DNA of 64,000 nt, taken from contig JBOFUV010000131.1 in NCBI GenBank assembly GCA_051652765.1, positions 42,984 to 106,983 of the forward strand. Reading direction: 5' to 3'. Positions 52,516-62,285 of this stretch are shown here, in pieces (position 1 is the stretch's first letter; each line of letters starts with the position of its first letter). The notes beneath the pieces are model-generated. The model worked only from the letters and a program-made list of their open reading frames with translations. It was not told where the DNA came from and searched no databases. The translations under genes were made by a program, and so were the position numbers. Source of the stretch: Microcoleaceae cyanobacterium. Its GTDB lineage: Bacteria; Cyanobacteriota; Cyanobacteriia; Cyanobacteriales; Microcoleaceae.

Positions 52516-53978
52516 CTGCAACTGCATCCTTTTCATCTCCTCCGTCTCAGGCTAAATCTGTGCAGAAATATGGCTGGTGGGCGGGTAACGCTCGACTGAC
52601 TGAGCTTTCTGGCAGGCTCCTAGGGGCTCATATTGCTCAAGCTGCCTTAATTGTGTTCTGGGCAGGAGCCTATACCTTGTTTGAGCTTTCCCAGTACACT
52701 CCAACTGAACCTCTGTATTCTCAAGGGTTGATTCTGCTGCCTCACCTGGCTAGTTTGGGAATTGGTCTGGGAGAAGGGGGTCAAGTCGTGAACACCTATC
52801 CCTATTTTGCGATTGGGGTGCTGCACTTGGTGAGTTCAGCCGTTCTGGGAGCTGGGGGACTTTACCATGCCTTACTGGGGCCAGAACAGTTGCCAGAAAA
52901 CCAGACGTTCTCTGGTTTCTTTGGCTATGACTGGCGCGACCAGAACAAAATGACCACGATTATCGGCATTCATTTGGTATTGCTGGGGTGTGGGGCTTTA
53001 TTGCTGGTCGCCAAGGCGATGTTTGTGGGCGGGCTGTACGATCCAGCCGTTGGCCATCTGCGCCTTGTCAGTGAACCGACTCTGAATCCAGCCACGATCT
53101 TTGGCTACTTAATTGGGGCTCAGGGGGATGCCGGGATGGCCGCAGTTGACAACCTAGAAGATGTTGTGGGCGGTCACATTTATGTGGGCTTGATTCTGAT
53201 TGGGGGAGGAGTTTGGCATATTTTGACTCAGCCAGGTCGTTGGACTCAGTCCTTGCTGCTGTGGTCAGGGGAAGCTTACTTGTCCTACAGTTTAGGCGCG
53301 TTAGCCTACATGGGATTTCTGGCGGCCTACTTTGTCATGGTCAATGATACCGTCTACCCAATAGTATTTTATGGGCCTGTGGGTTTGTCGGTGACTGAGG
53401 CAGGAATTGTCACCTCTCGCACCTGGTTAGCAACGTCCCATTTTGTGCTGGCCGTGGTGTTCCTCTTTGGTCATCTCTGGCACGCCCTGCGGGTACGGTT
53501 GACTGCCGCCAAATTTGACCTGCAATCTGGAACGTTCATCACACCCAATATTGGTGAACTTCAGGCCATTCAAATGATGGGACAGGTCAATCCGTCTGAC
53601 TTGACTGTGGTGTTTTTGCGAAACTTGCCGATTTATCGTCAGCGAGTCTCCCCCCAGTTTCGGGGCTTGGAAATTGGCATGGCCCATGGTTACTTTCTGG
53701 CGGGGCCGTTGATGGTGTTGAATCCGTTTGGTTTTCAAACCGGATTAACCCTGACCATTGTCTTCGTGAGTTTGATTGCGATCGCTCTGTCTTGGTATCA
53801 AGTAGAAGATTCGGCTGCTAATGCCAGACCTCAACTGTATTGGCTAAAAAATCTGGAGCAGTGGAGTTCCTTCCGCTCTGGTTTTTTGGTGGGCGGGGTC
53901 GGAGGTGCGCTGTTTGCCTACTTCCTAGTCCAAAACACGGAACTGTTCAGGGCGTTGATCCAGGGTGTTCCTGGCTAG
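52512..53978 (+). CDS. IsiA family protein fused to a C-terminal PsaL-like domain
   Basis: CP43-like N-terminal part, then [29 protein letters not shown] and [20 protein letters not shown] (PsaL signatures). Confidence 0.92.
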   Translation: MTATASFSSPPSQAKSVQKYGWWAGNARLTELSGRLLGAHIAQAALIVFWAGAYTLFELSQYTPTEPLYSQGLILLPHLASLGIGLGEGGQVVNTYPYFAIGVLHLVSSAVLGAGGLYHALLGPEQLPENQTFSGFFGYDWRDQNKMTTIIGIHLVLLGCGALLLVAKAMFVGGLYDPAVGHLRLVSEPTLNPATIFGYLIGAQGDAGMAAVDNLEDVVGGHIYVGLILIGGGVWHILTQPGRWTQSLLLWSGEAYLSYSLGALAYMGFLAAYFVMVNDTVYPIVFYGPVGLSVTEAGIVTSRTWLATSHFVLAVVFLFGHLWHALRVRLTAAKFDLQSGTFITPNIGELQAIQMMGQVNPSDLTVVFLRNLPIYRQRVSPQFRGLEIGMAHGYFLAGPLMVLNPFGFQTGLTLTIVFVSLIAIALSWYQVEDSAANARPQLYWLKNLEQWSSFRSGFLVGGVGGALFAYFLVQNTELFRALIQGVPG

Positions 53979-54140
53979 GATAGTCAATTCAAGCGCCATA
54001 AAATTGGCAGTAAATACATTGGAAGCAAACAATTCCATTGATCAAACTTGGATCAACAAACAGGGGTTTTTGGATCTCCAAGTCGTTTCTCAGATCCCTG
54101 TTCTTAAACTTCAATCAACTTCTATCTCAGGTGAACAATC

Positions 54141-55241
54141 ATGCAAAGTTACGGAAAGGCAAAGATTCAATATGGTTGGTGGGCCGGGAATGCGCGCTTT
54201 GCTAACCTATCGGGCTTGTTTATTGCTGCCCATGTTGGTCAAGCTGCGTTAATTACCTTTTGGGTTGGGGCATTTACTCTGTTTGAAATTAGCCGCTATT
54301 CCCCTGATTTCCCCATGGGTGAACAAGGATTAATTCTCCTGCCCCATCTGGCTACCCTAGGTTTGGGCATTGGTAAAGGGGGTGTTGTGGTCAATACCTA
54401 TCCTTATTTTGTTGTGGGAGTGGTTCACTTGATTTCTTCTGCGGTGTTAGGGGCAGGAGCGTTATTTCATGCATTCAAGTGCCCTGAAAACCTCAAAGAT
54501 ACGACGGGCCGCGCCCAGAAGTTTCACTTTGAGTGGAGCGATGCCAAGAAGTTGGGATTTATCTTGGGTCATCATTTGATTTTCCTGGGAGCAGGAGCCT
54601 TGGCGCTGGTAGCAAAAGCCATGTATTTTGGCGGGTTGTATGATTCCACCACTCAAACGGTTCGGGTCGTAACAGCTCCTACCCTCGACCCCTTAGTGAT
54701 CTACGGCTATCAAACTCACTTTGCCACAGTGAACAGCTTGGAAGACTTAGTGGGCGGTCATGTCTATGTGGGGATTCTGCTAATTTTGGGGGGTGCGTGG
54801 CACATTGTAAAGGAGCCCCTTCCCTGGGCAAAACGCCTGTTGATCTTCTCTGGAGAAGCAATTTTGTCCTATTCTCTGGGCGGGATTGCCTTGGCCGGAT
54901 TTGTCGCGGCTTACTTCTGTGCCGTTAACACGTTGGCTTACCCAGTTGAATTCTATGGCCCAGTTCTAGATATTAAGTTGGGTGTGAGTCCTTATTTTGC
55001 CGATACGGTTGTGTTACCCAACGGGGCTCATACGGCCCGATGCTGGTTAGCAAATACCCATTTCTTCTTAGCGTTTTTCTTCCTTCAAGGTCATCTCTGG
55101 CACGCGCTGCGGGCTCTGGGCTTTGACTTCAAGCGGGTTGAAAATGCTCTGAATTCAACCGGAGAAGCTCCAATGACAATCACAGGTCAGCCTGAACCTG
55201 CAAAAGCAACATCTGTCGAAGCAGCTACAGCCGAAGCATAA
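54141..55241 (+). CDS. isiA: Iron stress-induced chlorophyll-binding protein (canonical type)
   Basis: MQSYG...[47 protein letters not shown]. Confidence 0.93.
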   Translation: MQSYGKAKIQYGWWAGNARFANLSGLFIAAHVGQAALITFWVGAFTLFEISRYSPDFPMGEQGLILLPHLATLGLGIGKGGVVVNTYPYFVVGVVHLISSAVLGAGALFHAFKCPENLKDTTGRAQKFHFEWSDAKKLGFILGHHLIFLGAGALALVAKAMYFGGLYDSTTQTVRVVTAPTLDPLVIYGYQTHFATVNSLEDLVGGHVYVGILLILGGAWHIVKEPLPWAKRLLIFSGEAILSYSLGGIALAGFVAAYFCAVNTLAYPVEFYGPVLDIKLGVSPYFADTVVLPNGAHTARCWLANTHFFLAFFFLQGHLWHALRALGFDFKRVENALNSTGEAPMTITGQPEPAKATSVEAATAEA

Positions 55242-55336
55242 GTCTTAGGGCGAGCTTGTCTCGCCCTGAACCAGCTTTGAAGCCTTTGATGGAAGTAGTT
55301 ATTTCTTCTAGCTGTCTTGAATTGACTGTCTTAAAT

Positions 55337-55507
55337 GGCGTTGCTGAACTGAGGCATGAATCGGTCGTTCGGCGAGTTCAGCCGAGCCGTCGAACCCTGT
55401 AATGCTGCACTGCCCCCCAAATCCCCCAACCTTGGGGGACTTTGAGAAATGGCTCCCCCAGAATTGGGGGGCAAAGGGGGGCGACCACACCACTATTCAG
55501 CAACGCC
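55337..55507. mobile_element. 171-bp MITE with 12-bp terminal inverted repeats and 8-bp target-site duplication
   Basis: GGCGTTGCTGAA...TTCAGCAACGCC, flanked on both sides by TCTTAAAT (55329-55336, 55508-55515); internal G/C-run palindromes; no transposase. Confidence 0.85.
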
Positions 55508-55541
55508 TCTTAAATTAATTGTCTTGAATCAGGAGGAATCG

Positions 55542-56558
55542 ATGACGGTCTCAAGTTACACGAATTCAACTTACGCCAATTCAACCCATGCCTCAACTTA
55601 CACCCAGGGAACAATTGCAGCAGAAAACCCCCAATTAAGCTGGCTAGTAGGCAATGCTCGGTTGACGAATTTATCGGGTCAATTGTTAGGGGCACACCTC
55701 GCCCATGCAGGGTTAATCATGTTCTGGGCTGGGGCAATTACCGTTGCAGAAGTCAGTCGCTATGTTCCCAATCGTTCCTTCGCCGAACAAAGTCTGGGAC
55801 TGCTGCCCCATTTGGCAACCCTGGGTTGGGGAATTGGCAAAGATGGCGCAATTGTTGACACCTATCCCTACTTTGTGATCGGTATGTTGCACCTGGCAGC
55901 ATCAGCAGTATTAGCCGCCGGGGGGTTTTATCATGTCTTTCGTGGCCCTGCCCGGTTGGAAGATGGAGAAAGACAAGTGGCTCAATTTCATTACGAGTGG
56001 ACGAACCCAAAGCAACTGAGCTTTATTCTGGGTAATCATCTGATTTTTCTGGGAATTGGGGCTTGGTTGTTCGTTTTGAAAGCAATGAAGTTTGGCGGAA
56101 TTTATGATACAGCTTTGGGTCATGGTCGCATCATTGCTGAACCCACTCTCAATCCGGTAACCATTTTTGGTTACTTGTTTGGCCTCAATCATGGCGTGTG
56201 GACACCTCTAGGGATGGCTAGTGTGAACAATCTGGAGGATGTGATCGGCGGTCACATTTGGGTTGGGACGCTGTTAATTGCGGGGGGAGTCTGGCATATC
56301 GTCAGTACACCGTTTCCCTGGGTACAGCGCATTCTACCCATTCAAGCGGATGCAATTCTCAGCTACAGTCTGGGAGCTTTAGGGTTTATGGCTTTTGTCT
56401 CAGCGGCTTTTGTCGGGTTCAACACTACGGTCTTCCCGACTGAATTTTATGGCAGCGATCGCCTCGGTCTAGCCAACATTCAGTTCTTTTTGGGGGTTTT
56501 GGCCTTGGGAGGACATCTCTGGCACGCGGTGCGCGCCCGCTCCCAGATGATCAGCTAA
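55542..56558 (+). CDS. IsiA/Pcb family chlorophyll-binding protein (paralog 5)
   Basis: WLVGNARL, LLGAHLAHAGL, NLEDVIGGH; AGGAGG RBS before ATG at 55542. Confidence 0.92.
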   Translation: MTVSSYTNSTYANSTHASTYTQGTIAAENPQLSWLVGNARLTNLSGQLLGAHLAHAGLIMFWAGAITVAEVSRYVPNRSFAEQSLGLLPHLATLGWGIGKDGAIVDTYPYFVIGMLHLAASAVLAAGGFYHVFRGPARLEDGERQVAQFHYEWTNPKQLSFILGNHLIFLGIGAWLFVLKAMKFGGIYDTALGHGRIIAEPTLNPVTIFGYLFGLNHGVWTPLGMASVNNLEDVIGGHIWVGTLLIAGGVWHIVSTPFPWVQRILPIQADAILSYSLGALGFMAFVSAAFVGFNTTVFPTEFYGSDRLGLANIQFFLGVLALGGHLWHAVRARSQMIS

Positions 56559-56581
56559 CCTGATTTCTCAGGGACTCACGG

Positions 56582-56621
56582 ATTAAAAAATTTTCTCATT
56601 TAACTGAGAAAGATTCCTAAT
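56582..56621. promoter_or_regulatory. Two tandem Fur-like boxes upstream of the isiB unit
   Basis: ATTAAAAAATTTTCTCATT and ACTGAGAAAGATTCCTAAT. Confidence 0.45.
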
Positions 56622-56879
56622 AAGCTAAAATCTGTTAGGATAGAACGTGTTCAGGTATCGCTATAGTTCTAGAGCTTGTATCCCTCGCCTGAAGTTCGAT
56701 TGATCCCTGATAATCTCTGAAAATCTTTTGAGCTGATTCTCAGGGATCTCCCAACACCTCTGATGGGTCAGGATTGAGGAGCGATGCATTTGGAGTTGAT
56801 CAGCTTGATTTGATTCAGAAATTTCTCATCAAACACCGAGTCCGATTTGAGAGATTCGTTTCGTCTTGGGATTAACGTT

Positions 56880-57053
56880 ATGAGAACTTGCCCATGCTGC
56901 GCTGAAACCTTGCTTCATCATATTTCTGGAGGTCGTTGCTACTGGTTCTGTTCTCACTGCTGGCAAGAAATGCCTGTGATTGATACAGCGGCAATCCCTA
57001 AGCTCCATCATCCATCTTTAGGTTTTCCTCAATCCGATTTTATTCCGTTGTAA
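56880..57053 (+). CDS. Small zinc-ribbon-like protein
   Basis: MRTCPCCAETLLHHI...YWFCSHCWQEMP. Confidence 0.75.
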   Translation: MRTCPCCAETLLHHISGGRCYWFCSHCWQEMPVIDTAAIPKLHHPSLGFPQSDFIPL

Positions 57054-57140
57054 GAGTCCTGAATCACTCTGCAATTGAATAGACATCCTGTTAATTCATT
57101 CCTAAATTCACGCACAAATTCACACTCACAAGGAGAAATC

Positions 57141-57653
57141 ATGTCAAAAATTGGCCTATTCTACGGAACAACAACGGGTAAAACGGAATCAGCCGCTGAA
57201 ATGTTGCGAGATGCATTTGGTGGTGAAGATATTGTCACCTTGCATGATGTTGCTGATATTAAAGGGGAAGAATTTAGTGAATACGCAAATGTAATTATCG
57301 GTTGCCCCACCTGGAATATTGGGGAACTTCAAAGTGATTGGGAAGGTTACTTTGATGAGTTAGACGACGTTGATTTCAATGGCAAAAAGGTTGCCTATTT
57401 TGGGACAGGAGATCAAATTGGTTACGCTGATAATTTTCAGGATGCCATGGGAATTCTAGAAGAAAAAATTTCAGAACTGGGAGGTGAAACGGTTGGCTAC
57501 TGGCCCATAGATGGCTATGAACATAGTGAATCTAAAGCCATTAAAAACGGTAAATTTGTGGGCTTGGCTCTAGATGAAGACAACCAATCCGAACTCACCG
57601 AAAAGCGTATTCAACAATGGGTAGCTCAGCTCAAGAGTGAATTTGGAATTTAA
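57141..57653 (+). CDS. isiB: Long-chain flavodoxin
   Basis: IGLFYGTTTGKT, GCPTWNIGELQSDW, GDQIGYADNFQDAMG, GLALDEDNQ; AGGAG RBS. Confidence 0.96.
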   Translation: MSKIGLFYGTTTGKTESAAEMLRDAFGGEDIVTLHDVADIKGEEFSEYANVIIGCPTWNIGELQSDWEGYFDELDDVDFNGKKVAYFGTGDQIGYADNFQDAMGILEEKISELGGETVGYWPIDGYEHSESKAIKNGKFVGLALDEDNQSELTEKRIQQWVAQLKSEFGI

Positions 57654-57820
57654 TCTTAGCTTCAATCATTCGTTCAGCAGTGCGGGCATCTTGTCCGCTA
57701 CTGAAAAGGTTAAGCTCACTTTGTAACAGATTAAGTTTGCAGGACAAGCATCTTGCCTTCCGACCGATCAAGATGATAGTCAGTTGATCGTCTTCAGTCA
57801 TTTATTCAACAAATTCTTTC

Positions 57821-58579
57821 ATGAAAATGCACACTTGTTTGCCTGAAGCTATCTGGTTAAATACAAGTCCAAGTTTTAAACATTTCGACCGAGGGTTACT
57901 AGCTGAAATTGCGACAACAACTCGGATTGGTTACTGGGAATATCAGCAGGATTTAGACGAACCCAGTTTACTCAGCGTTGTGCTAACTCTAGTTCATGAC
58001 TATCTCAAATCCCTCAGTCAGCCTGTTCATTTGATTGGACATAGCACAGGAGGATTAATTGGCTTACTCTATGCGCGCAAGCACCCAGAACGGGTGAAGT
58101 CCCTAACGCTTCTTGCGGTTGGGATTCATCCTGCGGTGGATTGGAAAGCGCATTACTATGTGCAACAGCAATTACTGCCCTGCCCCCGTGAAGAACTACT
58201 TGATCAAATGGTTCGGATGTTGTGTGGTTGTCAGTCTCCCATCGCTGAACAGAAAATTGTTCAGCTTCTCAAGCAAGACTTGGCAGAATCTTTTTCACTG
58301 CATTCGCCCTTTCAACGCATTAGTTTACCTTCCGGTGGCGTGCCTGTTCCGTTAATGATTGGTGGTAGTCAAACCGATAACATTATTAGCCTGCGTGAAT
58401 TGCAAGAGTGGAGAGTTTTTTTTAAACCAGGCGATCGCCTCTGTCAGTTTCCTCAAGGCGGTCACTTTTTTCACTATTTCTTTCCTCAACTGGTAAACGC
58501 AGAAATTCTCAAGTTTTGGACAGAGATTGATCAGTCCTCCAAAACTACCGCCAGTTCTACGGTTAACTGCAATACCTGA
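57821..58579 (+). CDS. isiC: Iron-stress alpha/beta hydrolase
   Basis: GHSTGG, WKAHYY, GHFFHYF; directly after isiB as in known isiABC operons. Confidence 0.75.
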   Translation: MKMHTCLPEAIWLNTSPSFKHFDRGLLAEIATTTRIGYWEYQQDLDEPSLLSVVLTLVHDYLKSLSQPVHLIGHSTGGLIGLLYARKHPERVKSLTLLAVGIHPAVDWKAHYYVQQQLLPCPREELLDQMVRMLCGCQSPIAEQKIVQLLKQDLAESFSLHSPFQRISLPSGGVPVPLMIGGSQTDNIISLRELQEWRVFFKPGDRLCQFPQGGHFFHYFFPQLVNAEILKFWTEIDQSSKTTASSTVNCNT

Positions 58580-58664
58580 ATTCTCAAGCAAACGCACTAG
58601 GATTTGCTTGAGAATTTACCTTTGATTCTGTTAGAAACCTTGTCAATTCTATGGTTTAACTTTT

Positions 58665-58997
58665 ATGGTGATGCTTCACATTCTCCTCCAATTGCAAACT
58701 GCTTGCTACATCATTCGTCCGCTTTATACAATTTGTGCGATTGGATTGATTGCAATCACAACTTGGCTGACTTGGCGAGCGTTTCAAGAGGGCTGGAACC
58801 ACGTCAAACAGTTGCATCAGATTCCCTGTAGTCGTTGTGCCTACTTTACGGGCGATTACCGTCTCAAATGCACTGTTCATCCTTCAATCGCACTCACCGA
58901 ATCAGCAATAGAATGCCGAGACTTCGAATTGGTATCCTGTTCACCGTCATCTAGCTATGCAAAAATCAGTTGTTCAAAGCCTTGCAAAAGTTGTTAA
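58665..58997 (+). CDS. Small membrane-anchored Cys-rich protein (isi-operon-associated type)
   Basis: TM segment then HQIPCSRCAYFTGDYRLKCTVHP..AIECRDF. Confidence 0.75.
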   Translation: MVMLHILLQLQTACYIIRPLYTICAIGLIAITTWLTWRAFQEGWNHVKQLHQIPCSRCAYFTGDYRLKCTVHPSIALTESAIECRDFELVSCSPSSSYAKISCSKPCKSC

Positions 58998-59044
58998 CTC
59001 AACGAGTCCTAAAGAGTAAAAGTTTCAGCTAGAAACTACACCTG

Positions 59045-59079
59045 GAAACCCCATCTACCTGTGGGATGGGGTAGTTCAT
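59045..59079 (+). repeat. Hairpin resembling an IS200/IS605 end remnant; may act as a terminator
   Basis: gaaaccccatc-tacctgtgg-gatggggtagttcat. Confidence 0.4.
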
Positions 59080-59145
59080 GTCCTCTGGCCAACCCTCTAT
59101 CTGATCAAGCTTGCCAGAAGACAGAAGGAGCAAGTGTTAGAACTG

Positions 59146-61251
59146 TTAGGCGGCTGTGAGCAAACCACTATGAATCAGCAAGGGCTTGGTACTGGGTTCC
59201 CGACCTCGAAATGCCTTGAAGACTTCCATCGGATGACGGCTTCCCCCTAAGGCCAAAACAGTATCCCGAAAGCGTTTACCTGTGATTGCAACAGCCGTTT
59301 CATTCCCTAATCCAGCCTCTTCAAAAGCCGCAAAAGCATCAGCGCTCAAGACTTCCGCCCATTTGTAGCTGTAGTATCCTGCCGCATAGCCTCCAGCAAA
59401 AATATGCCCAAAGGAGCAGAGAAAAGCATCTTCAGGGAGGGGTTTGAGGATTGTGGTCTTCTGGGCAATGCGGTTCCGAACATGACTTGCCGTTTCCTCA
59501 CCCCCCGGTTGATAACGGTGATGCAGTTCGATGTCCGTGAATCCAAAGTGAAGTTGACGGAGCATCGTGGTGCCACTCATGTAAGTGCGGGCTGCTAGCA
59601 GCTTTTGGTAGTAATGTTCTGGCAAGGATTCTCCAGTTTGATAGTGCTTGGCCATCCCAAACAACGTTGCCCGGTCGTAACACCAGTTCTCCATAAACTG
59701 GCTGGGTAATTCCACCGCATCCCACTCAACGTTGTTAATGCCAGATACACCGGGATAATCAACACTCGTCAACATGTGTTGTAACCCATGACCGAACTCA
59801 TGAAATAGAGTTTCCACTTCTGAGAACGTCATCAAGCTAGGCTTATCATCAATAGGAGGCGTTTGATTGCACTGCAAGTAGGCAACGGGTAAACGAACTT
59901 GGGCTTGTCCCTGTTCGGATACTTTGGCCCGGTTAACACACTCATCCATCCAAGCACCGCCCCGTTTTTCGACTGGGCGGCTGTAGGGGTCAAGATAAAA
60001 GTAGGCAATGGGTTGACCCGTTTCGTCCGCCACTTGGAAGTAGCGCACATCTGAATGCCAGATGGGAGCATCACCATCGGCGGCAGTGATAGTGATGTCA
60101 AAAATCCGATGGACTAAACCAAACAATCCGTCTAAAACCCGAGGCAGAGAAAAGTAAGGACGGAGTTCCTCATCGGTAAAAGCAAATTTTGCTTCTCGCT
60201 GACGTTCTGCCCAGTAGCTAATATCCCAATGTTTTAAATCTTCAGCTTCTTCAGCGCCTTGAGCCTGGGCAAAGGTTTGCAACTCGGTAAATTCCCTCGT
60301 GGCAGCCTCATAACTCACAACCCTTAGTTCTTCGAGCAAGCCCTCTACTGCATCAACGCTGGGAGCCATTTTGCTAGCCAAACTGAGTTCAGCATAGCTG
60401 TTAAATTCCAACAAGTTTGATTTTTCCCGCCGCAGTTCTAGAATTCGTTCGATCAGGGGATAGTTGTTCAACTCCCCTTTGGAGGCTCGGCTCATATAAG
60501 CTCTATAAACTTTTTCCCGCAAATCTCGCCGTTTGCTGTATTTCAAGAAAGGGCCAAAACTCGGGAAGTCCAGGGTAATTTGCCAAGGGCCAGTTTCAGG
60601 GGTTGCTAGTTCTGCGCCTTCTGATCGAGCTGCCTGGGCAGCCAAACTCAACAAGCTTGGGGGTAATCCCGTCACTTCTTCTGGCGTAGTTAGGGTCAGA
60701 CTGAACGCTTTAGTCGCATCGAGAATGTGATTGGAATACTGGGTTGAGAGTTCTGCGAGTTCAAGCTGAATCTCGTTAAACCGATCTCGCTTTTCTCCCT
60801 CTAGTCCAACCCCCGATAACTCTGCATCCCGAATTGCAGCCTCGATGATCCGCTGTTGGCCAGAGTCTAAGGTGTCCCAGGCTGAACTCTGCCGCAATGT
60901 CTTGAAGGCTTGGTAAAGGACTTGACTCTGATTCAGCCGACTCACAAATCGAATGACTTGGGGCTGTACGGTTTCATGGGCTTGGCGCAGTTCGGAACTG
61001 TTCTTCACGCCCATGAGATGGTTGATGATTCCCCAACTCCACGTTAGGCGTTCCTGTAAGATCTGCAGGGGTTCAACCAACCCTGTCCAAGAGAGTTGAA
61101 CTGTGTTTTCAAGAGTTGTCAAGTCTTGCTCCAGTTCAGCCAACAGTTGCGTCATGGCTGGAACCACATGGGCAGAGGTAATTACTTCAAAAGGAGGTAT
61201 TCCTCTGCCCATCAGTAGAGGATTATCAATCATTACGGTGTTTGCACTCAT
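59146..61251 (-). CDS. prlC: Oligopeptidase A (M3 family)
   Basis: KRGGAWMD, FHEFGHGLQH, VELPSQFMENW, YSYKWAEVL. Confidence 0.95.
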   Translation of the reverse strand: MSANTVMIDNPLLMGRGIPPFEVITSAHVVPAMTQLLAELEQDLTTLENTVQLSWTGLVEPLQILQERLTWSWGIINHLMGVKNSSELRQAHETVQPQVIRFVSRLNQSQVLYQAFKTLRQSSAWDTLDSGQQRIIEAAIRDAELSGVGLEGEKRDRFNEIQLELAELSTQYSNHILDATKAFSLTLTTPEEVTGLPPSLLSLAAQAARSEGAELATPETGPWQITLDFPSFGPFLKYSKRRDLREKVYRAYMSRASKGELNNYPLIERILELRREKSNLLEFNSYAELSLASKMAPSVDAVEGLLEELRVVSYEAATREFTELQTFAQAQGAEEAEDLKHWDISYWAERQREAKFAFTDEELRPYFSLPRVLDGLFGLVHRIFDITITAADGDAPIWHSDVRYFQVADETGQPIAYFYLDPYSRPVEKRGGAWMDECVNRAKVSEQGQAQVRLPVAYLQCNQTPPIDDKPSLMTFSEVETLFHEFGHGLQHMLTSVDYPGVSGINNVEWDAVELPSQFMENWCYDRATLFGMAKHYQTGESLPEHYYQKLLAARTYMSGTTMLRQLHFGFTDIELHHRYQPGGEETASHVRNRIAQKTTILKPLPEDAFLCSFGHIFAGGYAAGYYSYKWAEVLSADAFAAFEEAGLGNETAVAITGKRFRDTVLALGGSRHPMEVFKAFRGREPSTKPLLIHSGLLTAA

Positions 61252-61427
61252 TTACCTGGTCAAGATGTAGGGTGTCACCCTCTGTTATATCAATTTGCTG
61301 GGGCTAAGGGTAGGCTTTTGAGGATAAAGACCCCTATCAGAGAGTTCTACTTTCACTCTAGGATTGGAGGCTTGGGCTTTTCTGGCTTTGGATAGAGCTA
61401 AGTCTGGCCTCTTCAAGCTCAATTATT

Positions 61428-61571
61428 GGGGGCCAAAGGGGACGAAGTCTAGCTTCAAGTTGAGCAGGAGAGCCAATATCAAATCCGGCTGATTGCTGGT
61501 GATCCGGGAGGTGTGGAGGCGTTCGAGAAGCGTTGCGCTAGCATCAGCCTCTACGAAGGCCGCTGGCCCCC
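61428..61571. ncRNA. Candidate structured non-coding RNA or small repeat element (unidentified)
   Basis: GC-rich, closed by 8-bp inverted repeat GGGGGCCA/TGGCCCCC with internal stems. Confidence 0.35.
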
Positions 61572-61583
61572 TCCCACATTTGT

Positions 61584-62183
61584 TTACATGAAGGAACCAA
61601 CCACTCGATTCATATCCATTTCCGCAGGATTCCCCAAGGCCCTGAACTTCCATTGATTGGATTCCTTGTAGATTTCGCCCATCAGCATAGAAATCTTTCC
61701 TGTATAGGAAGCATCCCCCGAGAGGGTATAGCGAGCGATTTCAATGCCGCTGGCATCCATAGCCCGCACAAACGCATTCTCGACCATGCCAAAGTGCTGT
61801 CGTCTTACTTGGGCATCATAGATACTCACCCCAAGAATAATTTGATGATATTTCTCTGAAATCCCATTGAGCTGAATTGTGATTTGTTCGTCATCACCGC
61901 TCCCTTGTCCCGTAAGATTGTCTCCAGAGTGAGTTACTGTTCCATCCTTTGACTTCAGATGACCGTAGTAGACAACATCTTCTTTGTATTCCTTGACTTT
62001 GCCATCTGCTGCGAGCAAGAGGGCGTAGCCATCCAGGTCGAAGTTGGCGTTTCCCCCCAATAGTCCGGCTAAGCCACCTTTCGGTTTAGCAACATCCCAC
62101 CCCAAACCCATTGTGAGTCGTGAGAGGTCGAATTTGCTCTTGTCGAGAATGATACTTTGACCTTTGGTTAAATTAATTGCCAT
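61584..62183 (-). CDS. TerD/TerZ family stress protein
   Basis: MAINLTKGQ, GLGWD, FDLDG, HSGDNLTGQGSGDDEQ; ATG at 62183. Confidence 0.9.
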   Translation of the reverse strand: MAINLTKGQSIILDKSKFDLSRLTMGLGWDVAKPKGGLAGLLGGNANFDLDGYALLLAADGKVKEYKEDVVYYGHLKSKDGTVTHSGDNLTGQGSGDDEQITIQLNGISEKYHQIILGVSIYDAQVRRQHFGMVENAFVRAMDASGIEIARYTLSGDASYTGKISMLMGEIYKESNQWKFRALGNPAEMDMNRVVGSFM

Positions 62184-62285
62184 CTGGATTTCCTCTAAAG
62201 TGAGTGTAAGGAGTTGTGATGAGCTCTGCTTAACTTGAGCATTCAAGTACAAATCTCACAATACTAATTGGATTGCGATCGCAGG

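Noticed and set aside
55449..55541. N-terminal extension of the fifth isiA in the ORF track
   Set aside because: Starts inside the MITE; AGGAGG RBS supports ATG at 55542
61423..61653. 76-aa minus-strand ORF
   Set aside because: Overlaps the terD 3' end out of frame, has no recognisable motif, and spans the structured element
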